Below, piece by piece: positions 27,036 through 36,052 of a DNA stretch of 39,071 nt. Source of the DNA: Candidatus Terrybacteria bacterium (GTDB lineage: Bacteria; Patescibacteriota; Minisyncoccia; UBA9983); assembly GCA_016208535.1 (NCBI GenBank), contig JACQXW010000006.1, positions 1 through 39,071 on the forward strand, given 5' to 3'. Each line of letters opens with the position of its first letter. Position 1 is the first letter of the stretch. The notes below the pieces were generated by a model that saw only the letters and a list, made by a program, of their open reading frames with translations, ran no database searches and was not told where the DNA came from. Position numbers and translations under genes: made by a program.

Positions 27036-27557
27036 ATGAAAAAAATTTCAATTTCAATCAAGCAGACAAAAGAAATTGCCGGAATTCTGGCGAGAAAAAT
27101 CCTTCGACTGCGCTCAGGACGAGGGGCGGTTATTGTCGGCTTGTCCGGGGAATTGGGAAGCGGGAAGACGACCTTTAGCCAATGCTTTGCCAGGGCGCTG
27201 GGTATTAAAGAAAAAATTCACAGCCCGACGTTTGTAATATTTCGGAAGCACGAAATCCGAAATCCGAAATCCCTGCCCGCAGATGCTTCACATCAAGCGA
27301 TGCAGGCGGGCGAAACAAATTCAAAATCAAAAAATCAAAAATTCAAAACCCTTTATCATTTTGATGTCTATAGAATAAAAAAACCTAAAGAAATAATTGA
27401 TTTGGGTTGGAGAAAAATAATTTCCGACTCAAAGAACATAATTTTGGTGGAATGGCCGGAGAAAATCAAAAAAATTTTCCCAAAAAAACATTTTTGGATA
27501 AATTTTACCCACCTTGCCCCAAAAAAGAGAGGTATTGACATTTATTTGCATAAATAG
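27036..27557 (+). CDS. tsaE: tRNA t6A biosynthesis ATPase TsaE with repeat-derived insertions
   Basis: GELGSGKTT, SPTF, HFDVYR, VEWPE. Confidence 0.95.
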   Translation: MKKISISIKQTKEIAGILARKILRLRSGRGAVIVGLSGELGSGKTTFSQCFARALGIKEKIHSPTFVIFRKHEIRNPKSLPADASHQAMQAGETNSKSKNQKFKTLYHFDVYRIKKPKEIIDLGWRKIISDSKNIILVEWPEKIKKIFPKKHFWINFTHLAPKKRGIDIYLHK

Positions 27558-27563
27558 TATACT
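27535..27563 (+). promoter_or_regulatory. Sigma70-type promoter
   Basis: TTGACA-17 nt-TATACT; AAGGAGGT RBS before 27625. Confidence 0.7.
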
Positions 27564-27624
27564 CTAAAATTAGAAAATAGGTAAGGACTTTGATTATAAA
27601 TGAATATAAAAAGGAGGTGTGGCA

Positions 27625-28296
27625 ATGAAAACAGTTGCCAAAATAGTCTTAGTTTTCTTTATTATTTTTTCTCTTGTCCCAACCCAAGGCTGGGCAGAAA
27701 AGGGAAAGAAGAAGACAGGTAAAGGAAAACCAGTGGTGGAAGAAAAAAAAGAGGAGAGGCACTATCTCCCAATTAAGAATGCGATTTATCCTCTGCCGCC
27801 AATGGCTGAGGGCGAAGGTTTGGTTATCTTAAGAGAAGACGTGAGTGTCATCGTGCGTGATGGCGCAGGTGATATTTACGAAGGTTGGGTTCCTTCCGGA
27901 ACCGTAGTAGTGGTTCAGGAAGGGGAAATAGTGAGACTTTATAAGACAGGAGTTCCTGTGCTTAATAAAGTTTTACTAAAAGATCTTCAGAAACCTCTTC
28001 AAGCGATTGAGGGTGAGAAGCTTAAATTGTTGTTTCTTGAACAAAACCTTTCTTCAAAAGAAAAAAAGAAGGTAACACCTTCAAAAGATCAAAAGACCTC
28101 TTTTTTTTCCTCTCTTGGTCTTGGCAATGGAAAAACAGAGTCACTACCCCAGTCAGAGGTGAAAAAGAAAAAAAAGAAAACATTACTTGTTGTGCTGGCA
28201 GTAGTTGTAGTTAGTGGAATCGTTCTGGTTTTAACGCAGAAAAAAGACGATAAACCAGGCGGTCCAGGCGGAGGAGGTCACCCTGCACCTCCTTAA
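27625..28296 (+). CDS. Hypothetical exported protein with C-terminal membrane anchor
   Basis: Signal peptide-like N-terminus (..QGWA), poly-Lys then TM helix and Gly/Pro tail. Confidence 0.8.
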   Translation: MKTVAKIVLVFFIIFSLVPTQGWAEKGKKKTGKGKPVVEEKKEERHYLPIKNAIYPLPPMAEGEGLVILREDVSVIVRDGAGDIYEGWVPSGTVVVVQEGEIVRLYKTGVPVLNKVLLKDLQKPLQAIEGEKLKLLFLEQNLSSKEKKKVTPSKDQKTSFFSSLGLGNGKTESLPQSEVKKKKKKTLLVVLAVVVVSGIVLVLTQKKDDKPGGPGGGGHPAPP

Positions 28297-28299
28297 AAA

Positions 28300-28332
28300 A
28301 GAAGGAGAGAAATCAAAAATTTCTCTCCTTCT
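28300..28332 (+). terminator. Hairpin after the 27625-28296 gene
   Basis: AGAAGGAGAGAAAT-caaaa-ATTTCTCTCCTTCT. Confidence 0.65.
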
Positions 28333-28398
28333 ATCCATTCTTAAGTTCTTAATTTTTTTTAAGAATTTAATAATGGAGTTAGATTAAAAAATAAATTT

Positions 28399-30516
28399 AT
28401 GAACAATAAAATAAAAAATTTAATATACGGATTTTCATTAATAACTTTAATGGTTGTGATTTTCGCGCCTGCTGGTTTTCTCTATGCCGCTGACCTTGAT
28501 TCCTGGAGAAACGAGAGCATCAAACTTTTGCAGATAAAGAATTACAGCACGACTCCCGGCTCAGGAAACTGGCAGAATTATTCTGTGAGCGCCAGTCCGG
28601 GCGAAATTATTTCCTTACTTGTTCATTATCATAATTTCACCTCAACAGAGGTGGCTCAAAATGTGAGGATACGGGTGGATGTCCCTACTGGAAATTCAAA
28701 CAGCCACATGCTCCGCCTTTATTTTTGGGCTGACAATTCTCCCACTCTCTATGACTCTGTGACAGTCAATGTTTCCAACAGCCAATACATTTCCTTTGTT
28801 ACCGGATCGGTTCTCCAATACCAGGGAGGCGGATCTGCAACCGTGCCCTCTGGCGGAGACAATATTGTCACTGCCTCGGGATTGAATATCGGCAATGTTT
28901 CTTATGGCAACAGCGAATCCGGATATATCACCTTAAGGCTTCAACTGAGCAACAATTCGACAACAGGCGGCATTCCAACAGCCACCACCACCTCAGCCAC
29001 CAATATTACCCAGACATCGGCAATCTTAAACGGGACAGTCAATCCCAACAGCAATAGCACCAGCGCCTGGTTTGAATGGGGAACCACTTCCTCTCTGGGT
29101 AACACGCTTTCCTCAATTAATGCGGGCAATGGCTCGTCAAATGTTGATGTTGCCATAACCCTTTCCGGCCTTTCAGAAAATACTGTTTATTATTACCGGG
29201 CCGTTGCCCAGAATTCCTATGGCATTGCCTATGGTTCTATAATGAATTTTGTCACCTTGGGCGGAAGCGGCGGAGGCAGTTGCAATCCCACGGTTTCCAC
29301 CCAGGCGGCAAGTTTTATCACGGCAAATTCGGCGACTGTCAGGGGCATAATAAATCCGCAGGGCAGAACCACCAGCGGCTGGTTTGAATATGACACCGCT
29401 TACAGTCTTAGCTATAGGACTTCTACTCAGGATATGGGAAGCGGCACCATGGATGCCGACCTTTTAAGATATTTATCAACTCTTGCCACCAACACCACTT
29501 ATTACTACCGGGCAGTGGCGCAGAACAGCTGCGGCACAACCTACGGCAGTATTTTGAGTTTTAGCACTGGAACAGAATATGCTCAGGGAACCGCGCCTCA
29601 GGTGAATGCTATTTCTCCAGCAACAGAAATCACCCAGACCTCAGCCCTATTCAGCGCCAGCGTCAATCCCAAAAATTCCGAAACAACAGCCTGGTTTGAA
29701 TGGGGGCTTGGTTCAACTTTTGTTTCCTACAACAGTTCCTCGCCATTAAATATTGGCACAGGCGATCTTGATAAATTAGCCAATGCCCGGCCATTGACGC
29801 TTTCCCCGAACACAACATATTATTTCCGAGCCGCGGCTAAAAATTATTTTGGAACCACTTACAGCGCTGTTTTGAATTTTCAAACTTTGAGTCCAACAAT
29901 AGTCAGCCAGCCAACACAACCAACTCAGCCCAGCCAGCCAACTTCTCAGCCCTCAGCGCCTGCGCCATCTTCAAGCGTTTCAGTATCTCCGACAACCACA
30001 ATTTTAGGCCTTAGTCTGATGGCTCTGGAGATGAGCGCGGACAGAGATACAGTTGGTATTGGCAAAACTTTTACCTACAGCGTCATATACAGAAATACCG
30101 GTATTGCCGATGCTGACAACAATCTCTTGAAAGTTGTTCTTCCTAAAAACGTTGTTCTGATGGATGCTGGTTTGCCAAATTATTCTTTAGAGGAAAATGT
30201 TTTATTTTTTAAATTGGGCAAAATAAACAAAGATGAGTTTGGTTCTCTTGATATCAAAGTAAAAGTCGGCGATTCGGCAGAAAACGGGGAAAAATTGACA
30301 GCCACTGGCATTCTTGATTTTACCGATGCCAAGGCTAATGGCCAACCAAATATCTCTGCCTCGGCTGCGAGTGAGGTCGGCAGCACCGGTTTTTTAGGAA
30401 CTGCGGCCACAGGGTTTTCTCTTGCAGAGTTGCCGTGGTGGTTTTATCTGGTGGTAATTATGGGAGCTGTCATCTTTTTCGCCCGCTATAAAATTTCTAA
30501 AATCCTCAAAATCTGA
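28399..30516 (+). CDS. Cell-surface protein: signal peptide, three Fn3-like repeats, Pro/Gln/Ser linker, DUF11-like domain, C-terminal TM
   Basis: Three repeats of IT..SA...VNP...T..WFE(W/Y)..T.YY(Y/F)RA.A.N..G..YG; SQPTQPTQPSQP linker; FTYSVIYRNTG. Confidence 0.85.
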   Translation: MNNKIKNLIYGFSLITLMVVIFAPAGFLYAADLDSWRNESIKLLQIKNYSTTPGSGNWQNYSVSASPGEIISLLVHYHNFTSTEVAQNVRIRVDVPTGNSNSHMLRLYFWADNSPTLYDSVTVNVSNSQYISFVTGSVLQYQGGGSATVPSGGDNIVTASGLNIGNVSYGNSESGYITLRLQLSNNSTTGGIPTATTTSATNITQTSAILNGTVNPNSNSTSAWFEWGTTSSLGNTLSSINAGNGSSNVDVAITLSGLSENTVYYYRAVAQNSYGIAYGSIMNFVTLGGSGGGSCNPTVSTQAASFITANSATVRGIINPQGRTTSGWFEYDTAYSLSYRTSTQDMGSGTMDADLLRYLSTLATNTTYYYRAVAQNSCGTTYGSILSFSTGTEYAQGTAPQVNAISPATEITQTSALFSASVNPKNSETTAWFEWGLGSTFVSYNSSSPLNIGTGDLDKLANARPLTLSPNTTYYFRAAAKNYFGTTYSAVLNFQTLSPTIVSQPTQPTQPSQPTSQPSAPAPSSSVSVSPTTTILGLSLMALEMSADRDTVGIGKTFTYSVIYRNTGIADADNNLLKVVLPKNVVLMDAGLPNYSLEENVLFFKLGKINKDEFGSLDIKVKVGDSAENGEKLTATGILDFTDAKANGQPNISASAASEVGSTGFLGTAATGFSLAELPWWFYLVVIMGAVIFFARYKISKILKI

Positions 30517-30528
30517 TATATTTGAGAC

Positions 30529-31419
30529 ATGAAGACTTTGGTTCTGATTGACAGCCATGCGGTTTTGCATCGCGCCTTTCACGCCCTGCCGAATTTTACC
30601 TCTCCGCTTGGCGAGCCCACTGGCGCTCTTTATGGTTTTTCTTCCTTTCTTTTGAAAATCATCAATGAACTCAAGCCGGATTATATTGCCGCCTGCTACG
30701 ATCTGCCGGAACCGACTTTCAGGCATATTGCCTACGAGCATTATAAGGCAAAGAGGCCGAAAATGGATGACGAACTTGCCGCTCAAATTAATCGCTCGCG
30801 CGACATCCTTAAGGTATTTAATATTCCTGTTTACGATTCACCGGGATTTGAAGCAGATGATATTCTTGGCACAATCGTAGAACAATTGAAAATTGAAAAT
30901 TGTAAATTGAAAATTATTATTGCCTCTGGCGATCTTGATACCTTGCAATTGGTGAAAGATGACGATGTGGTTGTTTACACCTTGTCCAAGGGGATTAAGG
31001 AGGCGGTGATTTATAATGAAGATAAAGTGAGGGAGCGCTACGGTTTTGGCCCGGAATTAATTCCTGATTTTAAGGGGTTGAAGGGCGATCCCTCGGACAA
31101 TATCATTGGCGTTGCCGGCATAGGCGAAAAGACAGCCAGGGAATTGATTGAGAAATTCGGCTCTCTTGAAAATTTATATAATTTATATAAGAAGAAGGGG
31201 GAATTAAAACCAAGGATATCAAAGCTTTTGGAGGAGAATGAGGAGGAGGCGAGATTTAGCAAGGTTTTAGCTGAAATAAGAAAGGATGCGCCGATTAATT
31301 TTTCTCTGGAGGAAAGCGCCTGGAAAAAAACGACTGATTTGGGAAAAGTCAAATCTCTTTTCAGGGAATTCGGCTTCAAGAGTTTGGTTGATAGATTGGA
31401 GCAATATGTTAAAATTTAA
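30529..31419 (+). CDS. Stand-alone 5'-3' exonuclease (Pol I N-terminal/FEN domain)
   Basis: LID, YKAKR, FEADD, SGDLD, GDPSDNI.GV.GIGEKTA; ends at 296 aa without polymerase domain. Confidence 0.92.
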   Translation: MKTLVLIDSHAVLHRAFHALPNFTSPLGEPTGALYGFSSFLLKIINELKPDYIAACYDLPEPTFRHIAYEHYKAKRPKMDDELAAQINRSRDILKVFNIPVYDSPGFEADDILGTIVEQLKIENCKLKIIIASGDLDTLQLVKDDDVVVYTLSKGIKEAVIYNEDKVRERYGFGPELIPDFKGLKGDPSDNIIGVAGIGEKTARELIEKFGSLENLYNLYKKKGELKPRISKLLEENEEEARFSKVLAEIRKDAPINFSLEESAWKKTTDLGKVKSLFREFGFKSLVDRLEQYVKI

Positions 31420-31427
31420 AACAAAGT

Positions 31428-31808
31428 ATGGATAAAAAGAAAATCCTTATTATAGAAGACGACGACTTTTTCCGGCAGATGATTTCAAAGAAACTTCAGA
31501 AAGATTTTGAGGCCGGTTCTGCCAGGGACAGTAAAGAAGCCTTTGCCTATCTGGAAACCAGCCTTCCTGACTTAATAATCCTTGATCTTATTTTGCCGGG
31601 TTTGGACGGCTTTGAAATTCTTTCCATTATTAAGAAAGACAAAAAAACAGCCGGAATTCCGGTGATTGTTTTAAGCAATCTCGGTCAGGCAGAGGAGATT
31701 GAGCGGGCAAAATCTTTGGGTGCTTCTGACTTTCTTGTAAAGATTAATTTCACCGTTGAAGAAATCTTGGCGAAAATCAAGGGAATTTTCAAAGAAAGAT
31801 ATCTTTAA
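31428..31808 (+). CDS. Single-domain response regulator (CheY-like)
   Basis: IIEDD, LDLILPGLDG, LSN, FLVK. Confidence 0.93.
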   Translation: MDKKKILIIEDDDFFRQMISKKLQKDFEAGSARDSKEAFAYLETSLPDLIILDLILPGLDGFEILSIIKKDKKTAGIPVIVLSNLGQAEEIERAKSLGASDFLVKINFTVEEILAKIKGIFKERYL

Positions 31809-31821
31809 TTTGGAAATCACC

Positions 31822-32613
31822 ATGCTCTATCTTCTTTATGGCAAAGATATATTAAGAAGCAGAAAGAAACTCAATGAGATTCTGGATTTTTTTCGTTCTA
31901 AAAATAAAGATGTTTCAATTTTCAAGATTGATGAATATGATTTTGAAAAAGAAAAATTAGAGGAACTACTTGGCGCCAACACCCTTTTTGGCGGAAAGGT
32001 GGTTGTTGTTTTTAACAGGATTTTAGGCGAGGAAAGTGTTTCCCGGATGATTATGGAAAAAATTGACCGTTACGCGGCGTCAAAAAATATTTTCATTTTT
32101 TACGAAGAAGAAGTGGATAAGGATATTCTTGGTTTGTTTAAGGAAAACTCAGCGAAGATTCAGAGATTTGATAAAGGACCGTCCTTCGCCAAAGGCGAAG
32201 GACGGTCCTTTAAAGGCGAGGGTCGGGTTTTTTTTGCTATTTGCGACGCTGTGGCTGAGAAAAATAATATCCGGGCGTGGATATTGTTCCAGCAGGCGCT
32301 GATGGATGGCATTGACGCGGAGGAAATTTTCTGGAAAATCTGGTGGCAGATTAAAAGCTTGCTGATGGTTAAAAATTTATTTGAATTATCCCAAGGACCG
32401 ACCTTCGCGGGACGCGAAGGTCGGTCCTTCAGTTTAGAAAAAGAAACCGGCCTGCATCCTTATGTGGTAAAAAAGAATTTATCAGCCATTCATAATTTTG
32501 ACAAGAGCGAACTCCAAAATTATTCGTTTCATCTCGTGAAACTCTATCATGACGCCCGCCGTGGTATGGCTGATTTTGAAATCGGCCTTGAAAAAATTCT
32601 AATAAGCATATAA
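31822..32613 (+). CDS. holA: DNA polymerase III delta subunit-like
   Basis: MLYLLYG start, TLFG, F.ICDA, LHPYVVKK, LEKIL. Confidence 0.85.
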   Translation: MLYLLYGKDILRSRKKLNEILDFFRSKNKDVSIFKIDEYDFEKEKLEELLGANTLFGGKVVVVFNRILGEESVSRMIMEKIDRYAASKNIFIFYEEEVDKDILGLFKENSAKIQRFDKGPSFAKGEGRSFKGEGRVFFAICDAVAEKNNIRAWILFQQALMDGIDAEEIFWKIWWQIKSLLMVKNLFELSQGPTFAGREGRSFSLEKETGLHPYVVKKNLSAIHNFDKSELQNYSFHLVKLYHDARRGMADFEIGLEKILISI

Positions 32614-32625
32614 TATTTATTTTAT

Positions 32626-32698
32626 CCGCCCATAGCTCAATTGGCAGAGCAGCTCCCTTTTAAGGAGAAGGTTCTAGGTTCGATTCCTAGTGGGCGGA
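32626..32698 (+). tRNA. tRNA-Lys (UUU)
   Basis: CCGCCCA/TGGGCGG acceptor, CTCC-CT TTT AA-GGAG, GGTTCGATTCC. Confidence 0.93.
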
Positions 32699-32701
32699 TT
32701 T

Positions 32702-33220
32702 TTATGTGTGGCGGTCGGCTAAGACGAAAGCGCAGAAAGAATCAGGTTTGATAATCGCCTCAAAGCCGTATCCCTTAACCATTCCCACCACATTTTCAAT
32801 GAAATCTTTTGTGGGGCCGTTTTTGCCCACATCCAGATGAACTGTAATCTTATTATCCCCGCCTGCCATCTGGCGGGCAGGCCAGAAAAATTCCTCTCCC
32901 AGTCTATCTTTTAACTGGCTTTTTAATTCCTGAACAAACATTATGGAATGCATGGTTTCTTTGTAAATTCTGTCGCGGAGGGTTGGGCAGAAAGTTTTTT
33001 CCGATTTTGTCCAGAAATATTTCCCGCCGTTGCCCACGCGCAAGACAGCAATGGCTGTCACAAAATGGGTTTCATTGCTACCCTCAGAATCCGTTCCCAC
33101 GGTAATTTTATACCGGCCTCCAGATTCATTATTCACATATTTTACGATTTCCTCAACAACTTCCTCAAAACTAATGTGTCTTTTTAAGGTTTCGTTGTAA
33201 AATTGTATGTTATCCGACAT
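32702..33220 (-). CDS. RNase H-like YkuK (DUF458) family protein
   Basis: VGTDS, FVTAI, GNGG, VHLDVG.NG.T, IKPDS..A...AD. Confidence 0.88.
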   Translation of the reverse strand: MSDNIQFYNETLKRHISFEEVVEEIVKYVNNESGGRYKITVGTDSEGSNETHFVTAIAVLRVGNGGKYFWTKSEKTFCPTLRDRIYKETMHSIMFVQELKSQLKDRLGEEFFWPARQMAGGDNKITVHLDVGKNGPTKDFIENVVGMVKGYGFEAIIKPDSFCAFVLADRHT

Positions 33221-33229
33221 AAACTAATT

Positions 33230-33352
33230 AAATTCGAAATTCTAAATCCGAAATTCGAAACAATATCTAAATTCTAAATTTTTAATGTTTTAAACTTTTG
33301 AATTTCTGTCATTTGAATTTGTTTCGGATTTTGTGCTTCGTGCTTCGGATTT
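33230..33352. repeat. Inverted pair of degenerate heptamer arrays
   Basis: (AAATTCG/AAATTCT/AAATCCG)n left arm; (TTGAATT/TCGGATT/TCGTGCT)n right arm. Confidence 0.8.
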
Positions 33353-33353
33353 G

Positions 33354-33707
33354 TTAAAGTGGTAGATCAAAAGAAAACAATCCCGAACCCAGAAGTATTA
33401 AGGAGAGGGCAACACCCAAAATTAAAAACTTCAATGCCTTTTCATCTATGGGAAGATTTTTAATCTTTGACCTCAATGCTCCGGCAATTACGACAATGAT
33501 TGTCAAAAGAGCAGCCGCCTGAGTGAGAAATCCAACCAGGAGAAGGCCCGCGCTCAACGCCTGGATTGCCGTGCATATCTTTGGGCATTTTTCCTGTTTT
33601 TTAAAATTCAAATAAACCATTCGCAATAAGACGATTGCCAAGGAAACGCGCAGGATAAAAGGCGCCAGATGAGAATAATTAAGGAGTTCTGGAAAAATAC
33701 TGGGCAT
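33354..33707 (-). CDS. DoxX-like membrane protein
   Basis: ILRVSL, LLVGFLTQAAA, GSGLFSFD. Confidence 0.8.
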   Translation of the reverse strand: MPSIFPELLNYSHLAPFILRVSLAIVLLRMVYLNFKKQEKCPKICTAIQALSAGLLLVGFLTQAAALLTIIVVIAGALRSKIKNLPIDEKALKFLILGVALSLILLGSGLFSFDLPL

Positions 33708-33722
33708 ATCTAATATTATACC

Positions 33723-34556
33723 TTAGTACGAGCGCTGGTCAATAATTTTCCCGTTTTCATCGCGGAGAGTTACAGTGTCATGATTGTTATCCCAAAGTTC
33801 GCTAGCGTTGTTCAGATAGACTCGCCATTCATTGTCGTAAAAATCAGAATCATTTTTATGCCAATCTGCGCAGCCATTGTAGGTGGTTCGATAATTTGCA
33901 TAATCTTTACAAGTAGTGGATAGATTAGAGGGCAGATTAAAAATGGCTATGCAGGTTTTATAATTTTGGTTGAGGTAATCAATACAGGCATTATCTAGAG
34001 CTGCAGGTAAAAGTTCGTCTTTTATAAGATGCGGACACCTAAGAGATAATTCAGGAATAAAAGTTTGCATTTGGGCCAGATAGCCGGTGCATTTATTCAA
34101 TCTAAAATTCATCCCAATGGGGCTTTGGCCGCTGGTTACATAAATTGTTTCATTGGCTGAGGGAGAGAGGAGACCTGTGGCGCCGATTCCCGGCAGAAGA
34201 AGCAGATTTGCCGCTGCGCCTAATTTAATCCTGATTCCGTTTTTATTCTCCAGGGTCCAATCGGAGATGTTGGTGGAGCTTTTAATGTCCCAGTCTGTTT
34301 TGATTTTTATATATTCTTTTTGAGGGTCGGATTGTTTGATGGCATCAAAATCAATTTCCAGAGATATTCCTGCAGCAGTCCCAATAATTTTTTCTGTGGT
34401 GCTTTTGACCTCTTCGCTATATCTTTCTTGGGGCTTGTATAAAAACAGGCCTTCTTGGGAGGTGGGCCGGTTTGGGCCGCCGGTATAATACCAGACAAGC
34501 GCAATAATAATAAGGAAAAATATTACCCAAAATAAATCTTTTTTCGCGTCATCCAT
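33723..34556 (-). CDS. Membrane-anchored protein with lamin-tail-like domain and Cys-rich insert
   Basis: N-terminal TM, EYIKI, NISDWTL, LWDN..DTVTLRD..GKIID; six Cys. Confidence 0.75.
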   Translation of the reverse strand: MDDAKKDLFWVIFFLIIIALVWYYTGGPNRPTSQEGLFLYKPQERYSEEVKSTTEKIIGTAAGISLEIDFDAIKQSDPQKEYIKIKTDWDIKSSTNISDWTLENKNGIRIKLGAAANLLLLPGIGATGLLSPSANETIYVTSGQSPIGMNFRLNKCTGYLAQMQTFIPELSLRCPHLIKDELLPAALDNACIDYLNQNYKTCIAIFNLPSNLSTTCKDYANYRTTYNGCADWHKNDSDFYDNEWRVYLNNASELWDNNHDTVTLRDENGKIIDQRSY

Positions 34557-34595
34557 GATATAAGAATAAAGAATTATGAATTATGAATCAAGGAT

Positions 34596-35450
34596 TTAAA
34601 GTTTTTGGTGAGTGGGGCAAAAGTGTGCCGAGCGGCCGGCGATTCTTATTTTTTTAATAATTCCGTTGTCTTTCTTTTTGCATTTTTTGCCGGTTTGCTG
34701 GTAGGCATAATGCATTTTTTGGTAATTTCCTTTGCGGCCAAAGGCATCGCGGTAATCAATATAAGAGCTGCCGCGCGCTTTAATTGCTTTATTGAGAATT
34801 TGTTTAATGGCTTTGTAAATATTTTTAATTTCCTCTTCTTTGAGTTTTTGCGCCGGTTTTAAGGGATGCACGCCAGCCAGCCAGAGAATTTCGTCGCTGT
34901 AGATATTGCCGATGCCAGCGATTACACTTTGATCCATCAAAACGATTTTTATCTTGCCGGATTTTCCCCTCACTATTTTTTTAAACTCAACAAAGGATAA
35001 TCCTTTGTCAAACGGGTCGGGACCAATATTCCTGAATTCTTCGGGGATTTTTTCCGTTGCCAAAATAACCACCTTGGCGAACTTGCGCATGTCGCAGAGC
35101 GCGAGCTGCCAGCCGTTAGATAAAAAGAAAATAAGATGAATGAAGCGGTTTTCCGGGTCGCGCAAGGGGCCGGGGATGGCGCTTTGCCACGCGCCGTTTT
35201 TCTTTTGCCATTTGCCGTAAAGTAAATGGCCGGTCATTTTTTGGTGCACCAGAAGAGTGAGGCTTTTATCAAGATGAATCAAAATATTTTTCCCCCGGCG
35301 TTCAACTTTTAAAATTTTTCTGCCAACAACTTCTTTCTTGATATTCTTTGGCAATTTTTTCAGATCAGTCCAAACATCCCGGATTTTCAACCCCGGCAAA
35401 ACTTTTTTCAAATCATTGACAATTGTTTCTACCTCAGGTAATTCTGGCAT
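34596..35450 (-). CDS. mutM: Formamidopyrimidine-DNA glycosylase
   Basis: MPELPEVE, RRGK, GIGNIYSDE, C-terminal zinc finger-like region. Confidence 0.96.
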   Translation of the reverse strand: MPELPEVETIVNDLKKVLPGLKIRDVWTDLKKLPKNIKKEVVGRKILKVERRGKNILIHLDKSLTLLVHQKMTGHLLYGKWQKKNGAWQSAIPGPLRDPENRFIHLIFFLSNGWQLALCDMRKFAKVVILATEKIPEEFRNIGPDPFDKGLSFVEFKKIVRGKSGKIKIVLMDQSVIAGIGNIYSDEILWLAGVHPLKPAQKLKEEEIKNIYKAIKQILNKAIKARGSSYIDYRDAFGRKGNYQKMHYAYQQTGKKCKKKDNGIIKKIRIAGRSAHFCPTHQKL

Positions 35451-35974
35451 AAAAGTTCATATTTTGGGCCCTTTGGCGATAAATGGCTTTCCATTATATT
35501 TATTGATTTTACCATAAATGACTTGGTCTCGTTTTTTAGATCAATGCCATCTTGCGGTAAAAGCGGTTTGAGGTTTGAATAATGTTTTTCCTCAAAACGT
35601 GCAAGAGTAAGATGGAGGAGGGGTTCGCGGGCTTCCTGATTGAATTTAGAAAATAATTTTGATATTTTTGAAAATTCCGGAGAGTTTTTAAAAGTTAACC
35701 AAACCATTCGGGGTGTTCTTTTTGGTGGAGCAAAGATTATTTTATCCGGAATTAATTCAAAAGATTTTGTTTCTTTCGTAATTTTACGCGCAATTTCTTT
35801 TAGTTTATTCAATTTTTCATCGTCTAAATATCCGCAAAAAGCAACCGTGATGTGCCAATTTTCTCTTTCTACCACCCGCACTAATTTATTTTTATAAAAT
35901 TCGCCGATATGCGCCTCAGCGGCGTTTTTTAATTCCTCTGGTATATCTATGGCAACAAAAATTCTATGTTTCAT
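35429..35974 (-). CDS. thpR: RNA 2',3'-cyclic phosphodiesterase (2H family)
   Basis: RIFVAI, HITV and HLTL 2H motifs, S.L...GPKY. Confidence 0.9.
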   Translation of the reverse strand: MKHRIFVAIDIPEELKNAAEAHIGEFYKNKLVRVVERENWHITVAFCGYLDDEKLNKLKEIARKITKETKSFELIPDKIIFAPPKRTPRMVWLTFKNSPEFSKISKLFSKFNQEAREPLLHLTLARFEEKHYSNLKPLLPQDGIDLKNETKSFMVKSINIMESHLSPKGPKYELLCQNYLR

Positions 35975-36006
35975 GTTTTATAAAGTTTTACATAATTTAC
36001 ATAATT

Positions 36007-36038
36007 TAGCACTTACTAGCTATGGCCAGTAAGTGCTA
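36007..36038. repeat. Palindrome copy 1 flanking PaaX-like gene
   Basis: TAGCACTTACT-AGCTATGGCC-AGTAAGTGCTA. Confidence 0.85.
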
Positions 36039-36052
36039 GTTTTTATAATTAA

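Noticed and set aside
29903-29975. CAGCCA-type DNA repeat as a mobile repeat
   Set aside because: Explained by a protein-level QPT/QPS linker.
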